Part shown: piece after piece, positions 14,916 to 27,486 of the stretch
Layout of the letters: every line of letters starts with the position of its first letter
How positions within the stretch are numbered: position 1 is the first letter of the stretch
Source: the human T2T-CHM13v2.0 reference genome, Homo sapiens
Reading direction: 5' to 3' (one strand)
NCBI RefSeq assembly: GCF_009914755.1
Contig: NC_060926.1
DNA length: 64,000 nucleotides
Position numbers and translations under genes: made by a program
Notes under the pieces: generated by a model
The model's database searches: none
What the model saw: only the letters and a program-made list of their open reading frames with translations
Told to the model about the DNA's origin: nothing

Positions 14916-15499
14916 CCACACACTGTCCTGGGCTGTATGGATTGAACGATTGTACACAGAGTTCTGGGTCTGTCTGGCTTCACTTTATTGCCCTGCCTGG
15001 TCTTCTGCTACTTTCTCCAGCAGTTATGGGTGTCCTCTCATCCTCTATATAGGACTATACAGATGCCTCGTTTCATAGAGATGTTCTAATATTTGTTTTT
15101 TTTTGTTTTGCCCAGGAAGATGTTTTGCTAATGCATGTTGTGCAGATTGACTTTTTTGTCAAGGCTGAATACCTTCAAAAACAAAAAAGCGTTTGTCATC
15201 TTGAAATGATAAGATCACAATTATTTTTGATTGGCATTTTTTTGTCCACAGAACTTTACTTGGCTATTCACTGATAGTGTTGTTAATCCTTCCCAGAGAC
15301 CAGGGCTTGGGAAAATAAAAACGACAGGCCTAGAGGTCACCATGCAGGGGAGGAGGAAGAAAGAAGTGAGAGATTCTGGGCCTAAATATCTCTCAAGTCT
15401 TGTTCTCAGGTTGACCAGCTGCCCAACCCATACCCCCATTCTATAATATATCTCCTTCCTACCAAAAAAGATACCCTTCCATTCAGGTGGAGGCAATGG

Positions 15500-15722
15500 T
15501 TTCCAGTGGAAGAATGGCAATCCTTACAGTCAGACACATCTAAAGTCTGCCTCTGCTCAGCCGTTTACTAGCTGCGTGACCTTGAGCAAGTGACTTGACC
15601 TCTCTGAGCCTCAGAGTCTTCAACTCAAAGAAAGGAAGGTAAAATGTGGCTTTGTAGGGAGTATAGAGATCATAAAATGTAAAAATGCCTGGCTTATTAG
15701 TGGTCCCTAGTTCATGTTAATT
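15500..15722 (+). mobile_element. MIR SINE
   Basis: tttactagctgcgtgaccttgagcaagtgacttgacctctctgagcctcag. Confidence 0.8.
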
Positions 15723-17137
15723 CCTTTCCCTTCCTTATCATCCCTGGATAAAAGCTACTAACACAAAGACAACTGGATCATTCTTACTCACAGACTTCTC
15801 AAGTACTCTGGCTTTGAATACATTATAACCAGACATTGAGGCTCCTACTAACATTATCTTTAGAAGCATAAACAAAATTGGTTGCTAAGAGAAGCCCTAT
15901 GTAATGGTAAATAGCATCATTTAGTTGTTCTCTAGGGTTTCTGAATAACATGTAGCTGAATTTCAATTGCACCTGAAACCAGAAAACAACCAGCTTACCA
16001 GCCAATATGTTCCTCGGACTTACCCAGTGTAATAAACCTTTAAACTGACATAATAACAAGGGTATACATAATTATTTAATAGTTTTAATAATCATTTCAA
16101 AGAGAACTCTTACCCTATGCTTTTAAAGCAGCAAAAACAGTAATAGTTTCATACGTATGGTCACACTTGAAAAGTTAATCTTTCAAAGTCACCACATGTA
16201 AAGGGCATTTTTCTTATGCTCCCCATTGGCCATTTTTCAATGTCTTCCCTCGTTTTTACTTTTGTCCCTTTTCATTAAATTATGGAAAAGGCATTTAAGA
16301 AAAGCAGACTAGGACACTTCCCAGGGAAAAAAAAAGAAAGAAAGAAAATTTAAATGCAAGCCAAGCAAAGTTAAAAATAATTTTTGACTATACAAATACG
16401 ATAAGTTTAGGAAATGGCAGTTTCAGGTCCAGCAAAGACATCTGGAAGAAATAAATAAATAAATAGTTTCTTATTTATCTGTTTTAACTCAGAAAATGGC
16501 TTGAACAATGTATGAGAAGAAGGAAAAAATTATAATAGCAATCGAGTACAGGAGTCTGGCAAGATGTGTGCAAAATGATGATATATGGGAACAAAAAACT
16601 TTCAAAGAGGAAATCAATAAATGACCAAAAGGGAAGCCATTTACTTCAAAGCCAAAGATCAAAATAGTGAGAAAGTAATTAGAGGATATTCTTCTAGGGC
16701 TGAGTCCCTTTATTCTTCACCTTTAGAAGAATACTGACCCAAATGCACATATGTTAGAAGCTTTTTATTTAACATTGATAGAACATCTTGGAAATGAACA
16801 ATGGGGAGATAACAAAGGCTTTTGTCCCAAATGTCGTAGAGTTCCTGGTTTGGGGAACCTGTATAGAAATTACATCCACTTAGGAAAAAGCAAGATGGAA
16901 ATAGTAAAGGCCTTGTGCTCTGAAGTGCCAGATGAGATTGTGGGGTTCACTTTAACCTACAGACTCAATTCTAACTCTATGTCTCATGTCAGGCTGTACA
17001 TACTCAGTCCTCCAGCTACCCTTTGTTGCCTTGTTTTCTTTCCTTAATGCTTTGGGCTTCTTCACACAAGCATGCACACACACACACACACAGACACACA
17101 CACCCCACAACAACCCCTGCCACACTTACCTCTGCCC

Positions 17138-17443
17138 CAGGGAGGGAATTCCGCATCATCCCAGCCCACAGTGAATTAGGCACCCTCTTTATCTGCAGTA
17201 AGTAGCAAATAGTAGAAAAACGTGCCTTCTGCTGGGATTTTCTCATGAATACATTTCCTCTGTCCATTTACAATTGATTATAAGCTCTTTAAGGTAAAGG
17301 GTGTAATCGTGTACCTCTTTGAATTCCAGATTTCTGTATCTTGCACAGGGAAAGTGAGCAGCAGCTCTCCACTGAGTGTATTGGTGCCCTTTCTGACATT
17401 AGGAGTCAGGTTAAAATCTGTTCCAACAAAAAGAAAAAAGCAG
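17138..17443 (+). repeat. Inverted repeat 1, left arm (306 bp)
   Basis: Manual alignment to the reverse complement of 18047-18352: about 31 mismatches in 306 bp, no gaps. Confidence 0.97.
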
Positions 17444-17559
17444 GTCCTTGAGGATTGTTTGTCTCGATCAGTCTCCAATGAGACTATGCCAAGGATGAGA
17501 CCAGGAAAGATGCAATCACAGTGGACCATCAATGGCCCAGGAGAGGGTCGGTTTCTTCA

Positions 17560-17932
17560 TAGGATAGAACAGCTAACCTGAAGTCAGTATGCTGAGTCCC
17601 ACCGTCTGATGTTGAGCAAGTGTTTTTAAACTTTTTTGTGTCTCGGTTTCCCCATTTGTAAAATGGGGATTGTAATAGTAATCAAAGTCAACAGTTACGG
17701 AGTGGTACTTAAGCCTTTAGCAAATAACAATTCATTCAGTCCTTAATAACAACACTATGAGGTAGGATCTAGTATTACTATTCAAATTTTACAGATGAGG
17801 AACCTGAGGTACAGAGAGGATACATTTCTTACACAAGTTGTTGGGAGGACAAAATGAGATGACTGTGTGAAGCAATCAGCACAGAGCTTGACTCCTAGTG
17901 TGAGCACATTGAGTTTGGGGCCATTATTATCA
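17560..17932. mobile_element. MIR (+) interrupted by a second MIR (-, ~17685-17820)
   Basis: tctcggtttccccatttgtaaaatgggga (+), then ttttacagatgaggaacctgaggtacagagagg (-), then the + MIR 3' half resumes (gttgttgggagga...agcacag). Confidence 0.7.
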
Positions 17933-17951
17933 TGATGATGATGATGATGAT

Positions 17952-17970
17952 GGTCGCCATCTAGGGGCTC
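17952..17970 (-). promoter_or_regulatory. CTCF-like motif (predicted)
   Basis: Minus strand GAGCCCCTAGATGGCGACC; 12/14 match to core CCASYAGRKGGCRS; binding unverified. Confidence 0.45.
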
Positions 17971-18046
17971 AGGCACCATGGACATGGCTTGGGCTCTTCG
18001 CTGTGTCACTGCTCTGCCTTACTCTGCCCAAATCTCTAGTTGGAAT

Positions 18047-18352
18047 CTGCTTTTTTCTTTTTGTTGGAACAGATTTTAAGCTCACTGCTAATGTTAGAAA
18101 GGACACCAACATACTCAGTGGAGTGCTGTTGCTCACCTTCCCTGTGCAAGATACAGAATTCCGGAATTCAAAGAGGTACATGATTACACCCTTTACCTTA
18201 AAGAGCTTACAATCAATTGTAAATGGACAGAGGAAACGTATTCATGAGAAAATCCCAGCGGAAGGCACACTTTTCTATTATTTGCCACTTACCATGAGTA
18301 AAGAGGATGCCTAATTCACCATGGGCTGGGATGATGGGGAATTCCATCCCTG
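18047..18352 (-). repeat. Inverted repeat 1, right arm (306 bp)
   Basis: Reverse complement of 17138-17443; mirrored ORF-track peptides MYLFEFQISVSCTGKVSSSSPLS / MYLFEFRNSVSCTGKVSNSTPLS confirm it. Confidence 0.97.
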
Positions 18353-18699
18353 CCCAAATCTCCAGTTGGATCAGAGGACAGGATGGACAGGCCAAAGCTT
18401 ATCCCTTAAGGATGGGAGTGGAAGAGAACTGAGGCAACTCACGTGGCTTGATGCACACCTCAGCTTTATCCTGGAAGCTCCAAGACCCAAACATATACTC
18501 CACACTCCAGCCAAACTGGATTAGTTTTTCTCTTAAATGCCTTGTATTTCCCCATTGCCACTTCTCTGTTCTTTCTATGCCCTCTACCACTAATGCATTC
18601 TCTCCCAAATTCACTATCTGCCAATTATTTTAAGTGTCTTTCAAGTTTTACCACATCCACAAAGCTTTTCTTCCTTCTGCTAAGTGGATCAATGTAGTC

Positions 18700-18860
18700 A
18701 TCTATTTATTCTTTCTGCAAACATTTATTGACATCTATTCTACTGGGTGGCAGGCACTTTGGGAGGCACTGGAGGTGATACAACTGAGAGAGCCTCAGTC
18801 TCTGCATTCAAGGGGAAAAGAAAAATAAATTATTAAATGTCATGCAATACGTGTAATGGA
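18700..18860 (-). mobile_element. L2 3' end
   Basis: caaacatttattgacatctattctactgggtgcaggcact. Confidence 0.6.
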
Positions 18861-19935
18861 CGGAATTTTTGAACAATATTGCTCCTTTCTTCCTTGGAAA
18901 TTCATATTCCTCTCTTTGCATTTTTATGGAACTGAGAATATTCTCTCTGCTATAATAGTTATTTATGCTCCTCTACTATTCCCTGATGAGTATGTAAGCT
19001 GACTGAGGCCAGGGAACATGTGTTTTGCTCCAGGATTATCAGGGCAACCTCAAGCTCAGAATCTCCCTAGATGACAAACAGTGAAATATTTCTTGTATTG
19101 AGTCTTGAATACTTCCTTGCTGTAGATTATAGCAAGACACCATTTATAACAAGAACTCTGAGAAGCTAGTCATTAGGAAGAACAAAAACATGTTTCTTCA
19201 TTGTCTTTCAGAGTCCTTTAATAGGCAACACTCAGCCAGCCCTTAGCCACACTGAGAGGCAGAGGAAGAAGCAGGGGGATTCAGAACTTCAGCTGCTTGA
19301 AAGCCATTGCTGTAGCAACATACAATCCACCATGACATATGGTTCTTTATTACCAGGTCTTACAGCCCTGAGGAATTGTATCTGCCAATGGGAGAATACT
19401 CACTTCAGAATTTTGGATGTAAATATTCAGTCCCTTGTGCTTTGCGTGTCATTGCTAATGGTATATAAAGAATGATCCAAGAGAAGTATAAATAATCATT
19501 TGGCTCTACAATGAAAAGAGCGGTTCTGACTATAACCAGCCAAAAATTAAATAGTGCAAACTTCAAACTCAAATCAGGAGGTTATCATCTGTATCCACCT
19601 CAGAAGGAAATTCTTACTGCCAGAGTACAGAATGAATTAAAAGAAAAATACTAGCCCATTTCTGCAATCCCATTTCAGCCAACAAGCTAGGCAGTTCTCA
19701 AATACAAGTGGGTTGTATTTATAAAGGTCTTTCATATGTTGAAGGTTCAGAACCCAATTTCTAGCAGAACAATAATGGCTATTCAATTTCCAGAAATAAA
19801 TCTTCCATAACAGATCCTTGAAAGTGTTTCAATGCGAATTTGGGATTCCAGTTCCAATTATAAAACACAGGGATAGGAGAACAATCTGGAAGGATTGACG
19901 TGGCTCATCAGGGTAGATGAGCTAGGTGTTCTCTT

Positions 19936-20443
19936 CTGTGGCAGATTGCAAAAATGGCCACAAACACCTCCCATTTCTAGATACTTGCCTCTTTGCAATG
20001 TGACTTAGTAGCTCTTCCTAAGGTGGAATGATAGAGTCAGTATCTTCCCCTCTTGAATCAAGTAGTGGAGCTATACCTTAACCTCTTGAATTTGGGCTTA
20101 GCCATTATGACTTGCTTTGGCCAAGGGGACAGTAGCAAACAAGATACAAGCAGAGACTTGAAAAGTGTTTGTACATTGGGACTTGCCCTCTCTAGCTACT
20201 CTTGGGAACCCTGTACGGCAAGTCTCATCTAAATGAGATCAAGCAAACAACAAGACATGTGAGTGAGTCTATCCTAGACCACCTGGCTATAGTTAAACCA
20301 GAGCTAACTGCCAAGATCAGCTGAATATTCCAAGACCAGAAGAAATGGCCACAAACCCACAGAATCATAAGGAATAAGAAATGTTTGTTGTTTTAAGACA
20401 CTAGGTTTTGGTGACATCACATGCCACAAAAGCTAATTGGCAC
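19936..20443 (+). mobile_element. MaLR solo LTR (MLT1H/G-like)
   Basis: tgtggcagattgcaaaaatggccacaa...tgacttgctttggccaa...tgttgttttaagacactaggttttgg. Confidence 0.8.
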
Positions 20444-21599
20444 ATCTTCATCCCATGCTATCTGATCCATGTAAATCTCTCCCCAAGTTCTACATTTTGA
20501 GGAAGGGGACAACCTTCCCAGAACTTAAGTTAGACTCAGGACTCACAGTGCTGGACACATCTCCCTCTTCTGGATTTCTGAGGGTGACAGTTGCAGATAG
20601 AATGCGATGGGGAGAGCTGGGGCTCTGATAATTTTTGAAAGAGACCAATCCTCCACTCTGTCTTGTGCAGTAGCTGTGTTAGCATTGATGAGTGACTAGG
20701 GACTCCAGGATAGAGAATGGGAGCAGAAGGTATCCTAACCAAGATTATCCAACAGTGCCAAGAATTCCAAAGTGAAAGACTGGCATGGAAAAGTCTGCCT
20801 TTCCCATACCAACCCACTTAAATCCATTCAGCATCCATGAAACTACCTTCACACACACAAGGGAGGCTGTGGGTCCTATAAACAGGGACCCAGAATAGGT
20901 TCCACACACTAGAAAGGAGCGGATTAGTCTGGGTGTCAAATGAGCTCATTGCTATACCCGCCACTTAACTAAATCCTAGCCAAGCCCCTTACTCCCCATC
21001 ATCTTGCTTAGACATCTGCTTTCCTGGTTGTGTACATTTTCTAGCACCAAATGAAGGGTTTTGTCCTTGGAATGGCAAATACTCAGCACACTGCTACCTC
21101 TCCCCATCTCCTATAATGACTGCTTTATGGCTAAATTAGTTCCTGCTAAGCCCAGTCTCCCATCACACTGCTCCAAGAATCTACTCACCAATCACTCAGG
21201 ATTGAAACGTAAGCTGACCTCTACTTGCCATCTCTGTCTTGAAGCCATCTTGAGCTGCAAAGAACTCTGTTTCATCCACAATTATCTTGAACACTGTGTG
21301 TATCAATATTATTTTTATGCACTTTCCCATACCAAGTACATCATTTTGATGGGCAACATTAACTCTTTCTTTGGTTCTTTCTTTGCCCTGGCTTTTATTT
21401 TCTTTATTGTATCTCAACGACTTTTAATTTAAGTCACCTTATTTTATTTCATACGTCTTTAGAAGTTGCCATACATCTGTACTGGAACAAAGTGATGTGT
21501 AAATATACAAAGTATTTATGTGATTGCCTTTTTTTCCTTTGTGATCAGAAAGTAAGGATCACCCTGTGATTTTCCCGACCTCTCTAGTACATCATTATT

Positions 21600-21862
21600 T
21601 TGAATAATGATCTTTTGAATTCTGATCTTTTCAACCAGCTTATGATTTAGCCCTCTCAATATCATGTTATCTGAAAATAGGGTATGTATGTCTTCCCTGA
21701 GTTCATCTAGGTCTATGATAAAAATCATCAAATGAGAAAGAAAACTTTGGCACACTACTAGAGATCGTCCAAACAACCTCAAATCATTCACCAGCTATGA
21801 ATCTCCCTAACATTACAGAATCCAGCATTTCTATAATGATACTACAAGAATCTGTCAAACAC
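21600..21862 (-). mobile_element. L3/CR1 LINE reverse-transcriptase remnant
   Basis: Translated ORF 21516-21791: MIFIIDLDELREDIHTLFSDNMILRG...KIRIQK resembles CR1 RT FNIFINDLD...KFADDTKLGG...RIQ. Confidence 0.65.
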
Positions 21863-22134
21863 CCACAAAAGAAGGAAGGGGGACATTCCACACATGGAGA
21901 AATACATGAGAAAAGAGCAGAGAAACATGACTTACTGCTAAAATGTACTTTTTCTGTATTATAAAATTAATATGAGTTTATGTAAAAAATAACTTTAATG
22001 TTTTTGGAACTCCACATTTAAAGGTGTTTTTAAAGGTGTACTTGTTTACCATTATTAGGAAGGTTAACTATTCTCGGATCTGTGTTCCCATAGAACTTGA
22101 TTCATGAGCTCTATTTAGCAGTAGTAACAATTAC

Positions 22135-22475
22135 TGTGGTTCACCAAATATTTCCCCTTCATTTCCTTCTGAATTCATGGTACAATTTCACTTCCCAGCC
22201 CCCTCTGAAGTTTGGCATGACCACTGTGACTTGCTTTGGCCCTGGAAATTTGAGTGTAAGTGTTATGCCATTCTGGCTGGGAACCCTTAAAACCTGATTT
22301 CTCTCTGCCATGGTTCCTTTGAAAGCACATGTTGAGATAGTGCCTCCATCAGCCTGGCTTCCTAGGTAGCTATCATTAGCGGAGCTGCTCTGCTGAACTA
22401 CATTGAACTTACATGTGAATGAGAAGGTGTTGAGGTTTGCTACTGCAGCATAGCTTCTCCTATCCAAACCGATGC
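22135..22475 (+). mobile_element. MaLR solo LTR (MLT1I/J-like)
   Basis: caccaaatatttcc...cacttcccagccccc...actgtgacttgctttggcc...tactgcagcatagc. Confidence 0.75.
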
Positions 22476-23899
22476 AAAGAGTTTGCCTGTGTGTGTGTGG
22501 ACAAGAATGTGTGTCTGTATGAGGGTAGGGGGGATAAAGATGAATTTGGGTATTAGGGATACAACAGTGAATAAAACAGACAAATTTCCTTGACCTTACA
22601 CTGTACGATAGAAAAGCAATAACCCTGCGACTTTTCCTGTCATGTGACTTAGAAATTTCATTATCAGTTTTATTTATAGTGGGATTTATCTAAAAAAGCC
22701 CAATGTTGGACAATGTCCTCTTCCCCTCAGCCAGGCAGGGGTAAGGAAAAGGCACTGTGTTATTCTCTGCCTTGAGTCTATCTATTCTAAAACATGCCCC
22801 TGGGGATAGGGGTCATCCACTCTTTCCTTAGCAACATCCAGGGCTGCTGCCATTTGCTCCACCCCGAATCCCTCTCCAACTAGCTTCCAGGTGATGCTGC
22901 CACTGCTGGTGGGTGGACTACACTTTGAGTAGCAAGGGTGTGGACTTCCCAGAGCTTCAACTAGAGTCCTGACACCCTTTGCTCAAGTTCTCAGAACAGC
23001 TGGGGCGGGAGTGGGATGAAAAGGAGGGCCAAGGTTGAAGGTCAGTTGGGGGTCTTCAGCTCAGATCTCCTTTTTGATGTGTGTTTCCCCCAGGGTACTG
23101 CAAGCATTTTGCTTCCTTTCATTTAAGTTGTACTCACCCTGATGGTTCATCTGAGTCAGTATTTTTCCAAAGCTCACATGTGGTTCTATGTGCAGCGCAT
23201 TGTGGAGAACCGCTTCACTATTAGATGCTTTTTCCAAGTTTGGCAGAAAGTTTTTTCTTCAGAAGGTAAGGTGCTGAGGCCCCTTCAGATAGCGCCAATG
23301 ATCAGTGGTCCCCCTATATGTAATATAGACTTGCCTTGCGTTTTTTGATTGGGGTAGGGATGGGGCCACCTCTCAGGAGTGACATTAACCTGTAAAAGGA
23401 CCTACCCCTGTTGTCTCTTGGATGGGTTCGATTACGTTATTAGAGTTCATTTCTCTCCCATGGAGGGAGGGATTGCAAGTATCTCCTGCTATACAATGTA
23501 CCTTTATTAGATTAAATCTAATATTTATTTTGTGAAATTCATGAATTTTTCAGAACAGATGTGGGTTTTGCTTGTATTAAACCTTCAGCTTCTGACTGTG
23601 ATTAACAGCGTTTATCCCTTCCTCCTCATTGTCACATAATCATCCATTTGTTCCCAACAGATCTGGTCTGTGGGTTTACTTTTGTGATATTTAAGCCCTG
23701 AGATTTCAGGGTTTCAATCTTCCCTTTATTTACATCTCCAAGCCTTTAACTGGGTCATGAGAAGTCATGATCCATTTAACAAATAGTCTTGGCCACTGCT
23801 TGAGATGAGAGAAAGAAGGCAATGAAAATGTTTATTAAAATAAAAGAAAATGTAAGAATTTATCCACAGAAATGAGTTGTCCCTATCTCTAAAGCCCTT

Positions 23900-24130
23900 T
23901 TATGAAAACTGCAGGTTGCCACTGATCAGTAGGTCATAAAATTAATTTAGTCATTTGTGACAAGCAAATTCAGAGGACATAGAATAGAAAATATCAGCAT
24001 TTCTCAGGCAAAAGGAATAACTGTTTATGAAATTGTGTTTCAGTCCTGTGCCTGCAAATATGTGTGAGTGTTTGCATGTGCCCCTGTGAGTCTGAGTGTA
24101 AACTGTGATATAAAACACTGAAAATCATTC
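23900..24130 (+). mobile_element. Charlie4z/4a-like hAT remnant
   Basis: agtaggtcataaaattaatttagt...atagaatagaaaatatcag...tgtttcag. Confidence 0.6.
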
Positions 24131-25719
24131 ATCTAAAAGGTCTTGGGTGATGTCAGGCATCCTAAAAAGTGTTGGAATGGCATTTTACCCTATCTTTCAC
24201 CTCCCTGCTGACCACCTCCTTCCCCTCTGTCTTTCAACTTCTTTAGCATTTCACTATCTCCCCATAAAGCTGGTACTCGTCCAAATAACAGAGCAAAACA
24301 CATTAAGGCTGAATCTACATGAGGCTTTAGATTTCCATCAATCCAGTACTATCCAGTTTGGCTCAAAGGACCTTTTCTTTGTCTAGCTAAAGAGTGTATT
24401 AAAGCTAACTAAAGACAAGTGAAGCTAACTCGCCAGCTGCCAATGGAGAAGCAGAAAGCGCTGCATGGAAAATTCCACTTATGGTTGTAGAAACAAATAT
24501 TTTGAAGGCAAAATAGTATTATATACAGCTTGTGTAATTTTGTTTCAAACACAGATCTTTTTTTTTTTTTACCATCAAAAATTTTAGCACTAATTAATCT
24601 AACAGAGCAATCCTGGGAATTTAACATCTATTTTCAGTCATTACTTTCCTGAATCTTTCTGTTCTTACCCCTGGAGGGCTTGTCAAATGAAAGCAGAAGG
24701 TTTGAAGGAAGAAAGCCAAAGTCAAAGTGAAATGATAAAGCTTGAGAGTGAATAGGGGAAGAGAAAAATGCACACATAGGGCAACTCCCAAAGGGATAGG
24801 AGAACACAAATTGTGGGAGAATGGGACTCCACCGGGGAAGAACAAAACACGTTCAGACCAGCTTCAAAGAATTCTTCATGGCTGGGCACAGTAGGAAAAG
24901 GTTAAAATAACATGAGCTTCCCTCAGTGAAACTCAAGAACAAAAAGACACTGAACAGGACCAGGGTTTTTTGCTGTCCCACACCTGTTCAGTACAGAAGG
25001 ACCTGATAGACTCTGGGAATTGAATTCCTTGCAAGGAATAATTTACTTTCTTGGGTAAATTAATGATGAATATAGAAAGCATTTTTATTCAAGAGACTGT
25101 AACAGCCATGTAGGCAATTGTAATGTATAAAGGTAATGTGAAAGAGTGGAATTTATGAGATACATAGCTATATAAATTCCAGGTAATAGAATTGAAATAG
25201 ACCATTTCCTAGATACACACCCATCAAATCTCAGGTCAAAGGCATATTTTGGCAAAGCTTACTGATGCCAACAAGTTTCAAAAGGTACACCAAACTCATT
25301 TATTACTCTCAAATCCCAGCTAACTTTTTAAGTGGCCCCACATTAGACTCAAATAAATTTTTCTCTGGTAAAAAGAACAGAATCAAAATTCAAATATGTA
25401 ATTCTAATATTTTTTATTAAATAACTAAAAATATACATCATTTTATATTCTAAACCCTGACTTTCACAAACTAAGCTGTACACAAAACCCTTAATTCACA
25501 AATGGTACTTGACCTTTTAAGCAACAAATTTGTCAAATACCAAACTATTTATTTCCTGCTCTCAATCTCTGCTACATGTTACCAGGTCAGCCAATTCAAC
25601 TCAATTCAACCAACATTTATGGAGTATACAATACAGTCATCTTTCATGATGACAGAATATCTCCATATTTTTTTAAACCATGTATTCAAACACATTTTAG
25701 ATTTATAGAAAATTTTTAA

Positions 25720-27180
25720 AATTGTTTATAATTTATATCTTCTCTCTCTTTCTGTCTGTCTCTCTGTCTGGTTAGTCTTCCTAGAGGTTTATTAATCTTA
25801 CTGTTTTTTTTCAAAGAAGTAGCTTTTGAATTTGTAAATCTTTCTTGTTTTTCTATGTTCAACTTTATAGATTTTGGTTCTTGTATTTATTATTTCCTTC
25901 CTAATGTTTACTTCGAGTTTAATTTGTTCTTCTTTTTCTAATTTCCTAAGATGGAAGCTTGGATTACTGATTTGAAACCTTTCTTTTTTTCTAATACAGT
26001 TGCTCCCCACCTTTATCCACAGTTTCAATTTCTGAAGTTTCCGTTATTCTTGGTCAACTGTAGTCCAAAATATTAAATGGAAAATCCCAGAAATAAATAG
26101 TTCATAAGTTTCAACAATTCATAAGTTAAATTGTACACTGTTCCGAGTAGTAGAATGAAATCTTGCACCATTCTGCCCAGGATCAACCTTCTGTCCAGCA
26201 TTTCCAGGCTGTATAAACCACCCTCCCATTAGTTACTTGGTAGCCATCTCATATATCAGATTGAAAAACCATAATACATATAGGGTTCATTACTATCCAT
26301 ACTTTCAGGTATCCACTATGAGTCTTAGAATGTAGCCCCTTTAGATAAGGGATGACTACTGTATAGGCATTTTAATGGTATAAGTTTTCCTCAAATACTG
26401 CTTTAGCTGCATACCACACATTTTAATATGTCATATTTTCATTGTTACTATTTTTGCTTTAGATGGTCAGTTATCTCCTCGTACATCTATTTATTTTTAA
26501 AAAATAAATTTTATTTTACTTATATTTTACTTCTAGGTTCTTTATTTGTGTGAATCTAGGTTCACACTTAGTGTCAGAATCTTTTGAGGCTTTTTTATAG
26601 AGTAGCTGTGCTGGCAATAACTTTCCTCTGCTTTTGTTGTTTTAAGAAAATCTTTGTTTCTCCTTATTTTTGAAAGATGTTTTCACTGGGAACAGAATTT
26701 TTTCTGGCAGTGGTATTTTTGTTGGTTTGTTTGCTGCTTTAAAATGCCATTTCATTGTCCTCTTATTTATTATAGTTCTAGTGATAAGCCTGCTGAATTG
26801 ATCACTCTCCTTATTTCTTTCTAGATAATGTATCTTTTTTCTCTGACTGCCTTTAAGATTTTCCTTTTGTCTTTGGCTTTTAGCAGTTTGAATATAATAT
26901 GCCTCAGTTTTAGAGGTTTTTTTTTCCTCTTAAGGGGGAAGGTTTTTAATCTTATTTCATACTCTATGGCCATTTTGGATCTGTGACTTGATGTTTGTCA
27001 TTAATTTTTGAATATTATCAGCCAATATTTCTTTGAGCATTTCTTCTATCCCATTCTTTCTTTCATTCTGAGATTTCTATTATGCATGTGTTAAATTATT
27101 TTATATTGTCTCATAGCTTTTGTATGCTCTGCTCTGTTTTGTTCACTATTTTTTTCTCTTTGCATTTTATTTTCTTAGAA
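25720..27180 (-). mobile_element. Old L1M (L1ME-like) fragments, interrupted by MER44
   Basis: Minus ORF 25798-26028 FHLRKLEKEEQIKLEVNIRKEII resembles L1 ORF2; ORF1-like tttgaaagatgttttcactggg downstream. Confidence 0.8.
25997..26361 (+). mobile_element. MER44A-like (Tigger7-derived) MITE
   Basis: ta|cagttgctcccc...ttatcc ... gataagggatgactactg|ta; TA target duplication. Confidence 0.85.
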
Positions 27181-27486
27181 CTCTCTCTAGTGTTGCTGTG
27201 AGCATGCAGTGAGGTTTGTGTGCAGCAAAAGCCTGCAAGCGGAGGAAGACCCTACCAATTGCTGTGGCTCTAAGGCCGTTACCCTCTCCAGGGCAAGCTT
27301 GACCTCTACCCATTTGCCAACATCCTAGCAGAACTGTTTTTACCAGTCAATGTCTGGTTGTTTCCATTCCGGGTAAGTCAGAGCTCTCATCTTATCTGTC
27401 CTGGTAGATAGCCCTTTCTTTGTGTATTTTGTGACAGTTTGTTGTGGCTTCATCTCTCCAAAGTTTTCAAAAACAGTTGTGAACTT

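Noticed and set aside
17782-18009. ORF with a poly-His tract
   Set aside because: Arises from an (ATG/CAT)n microsatellite at the MIR tail.
17278-18314. Pairs of near-identical peptides on opposite strands suggesting a duplicated gene
   Set aside because: Explained by the inverted repeat; similarity appears in several frames and stops exactly at the arm boundaries.
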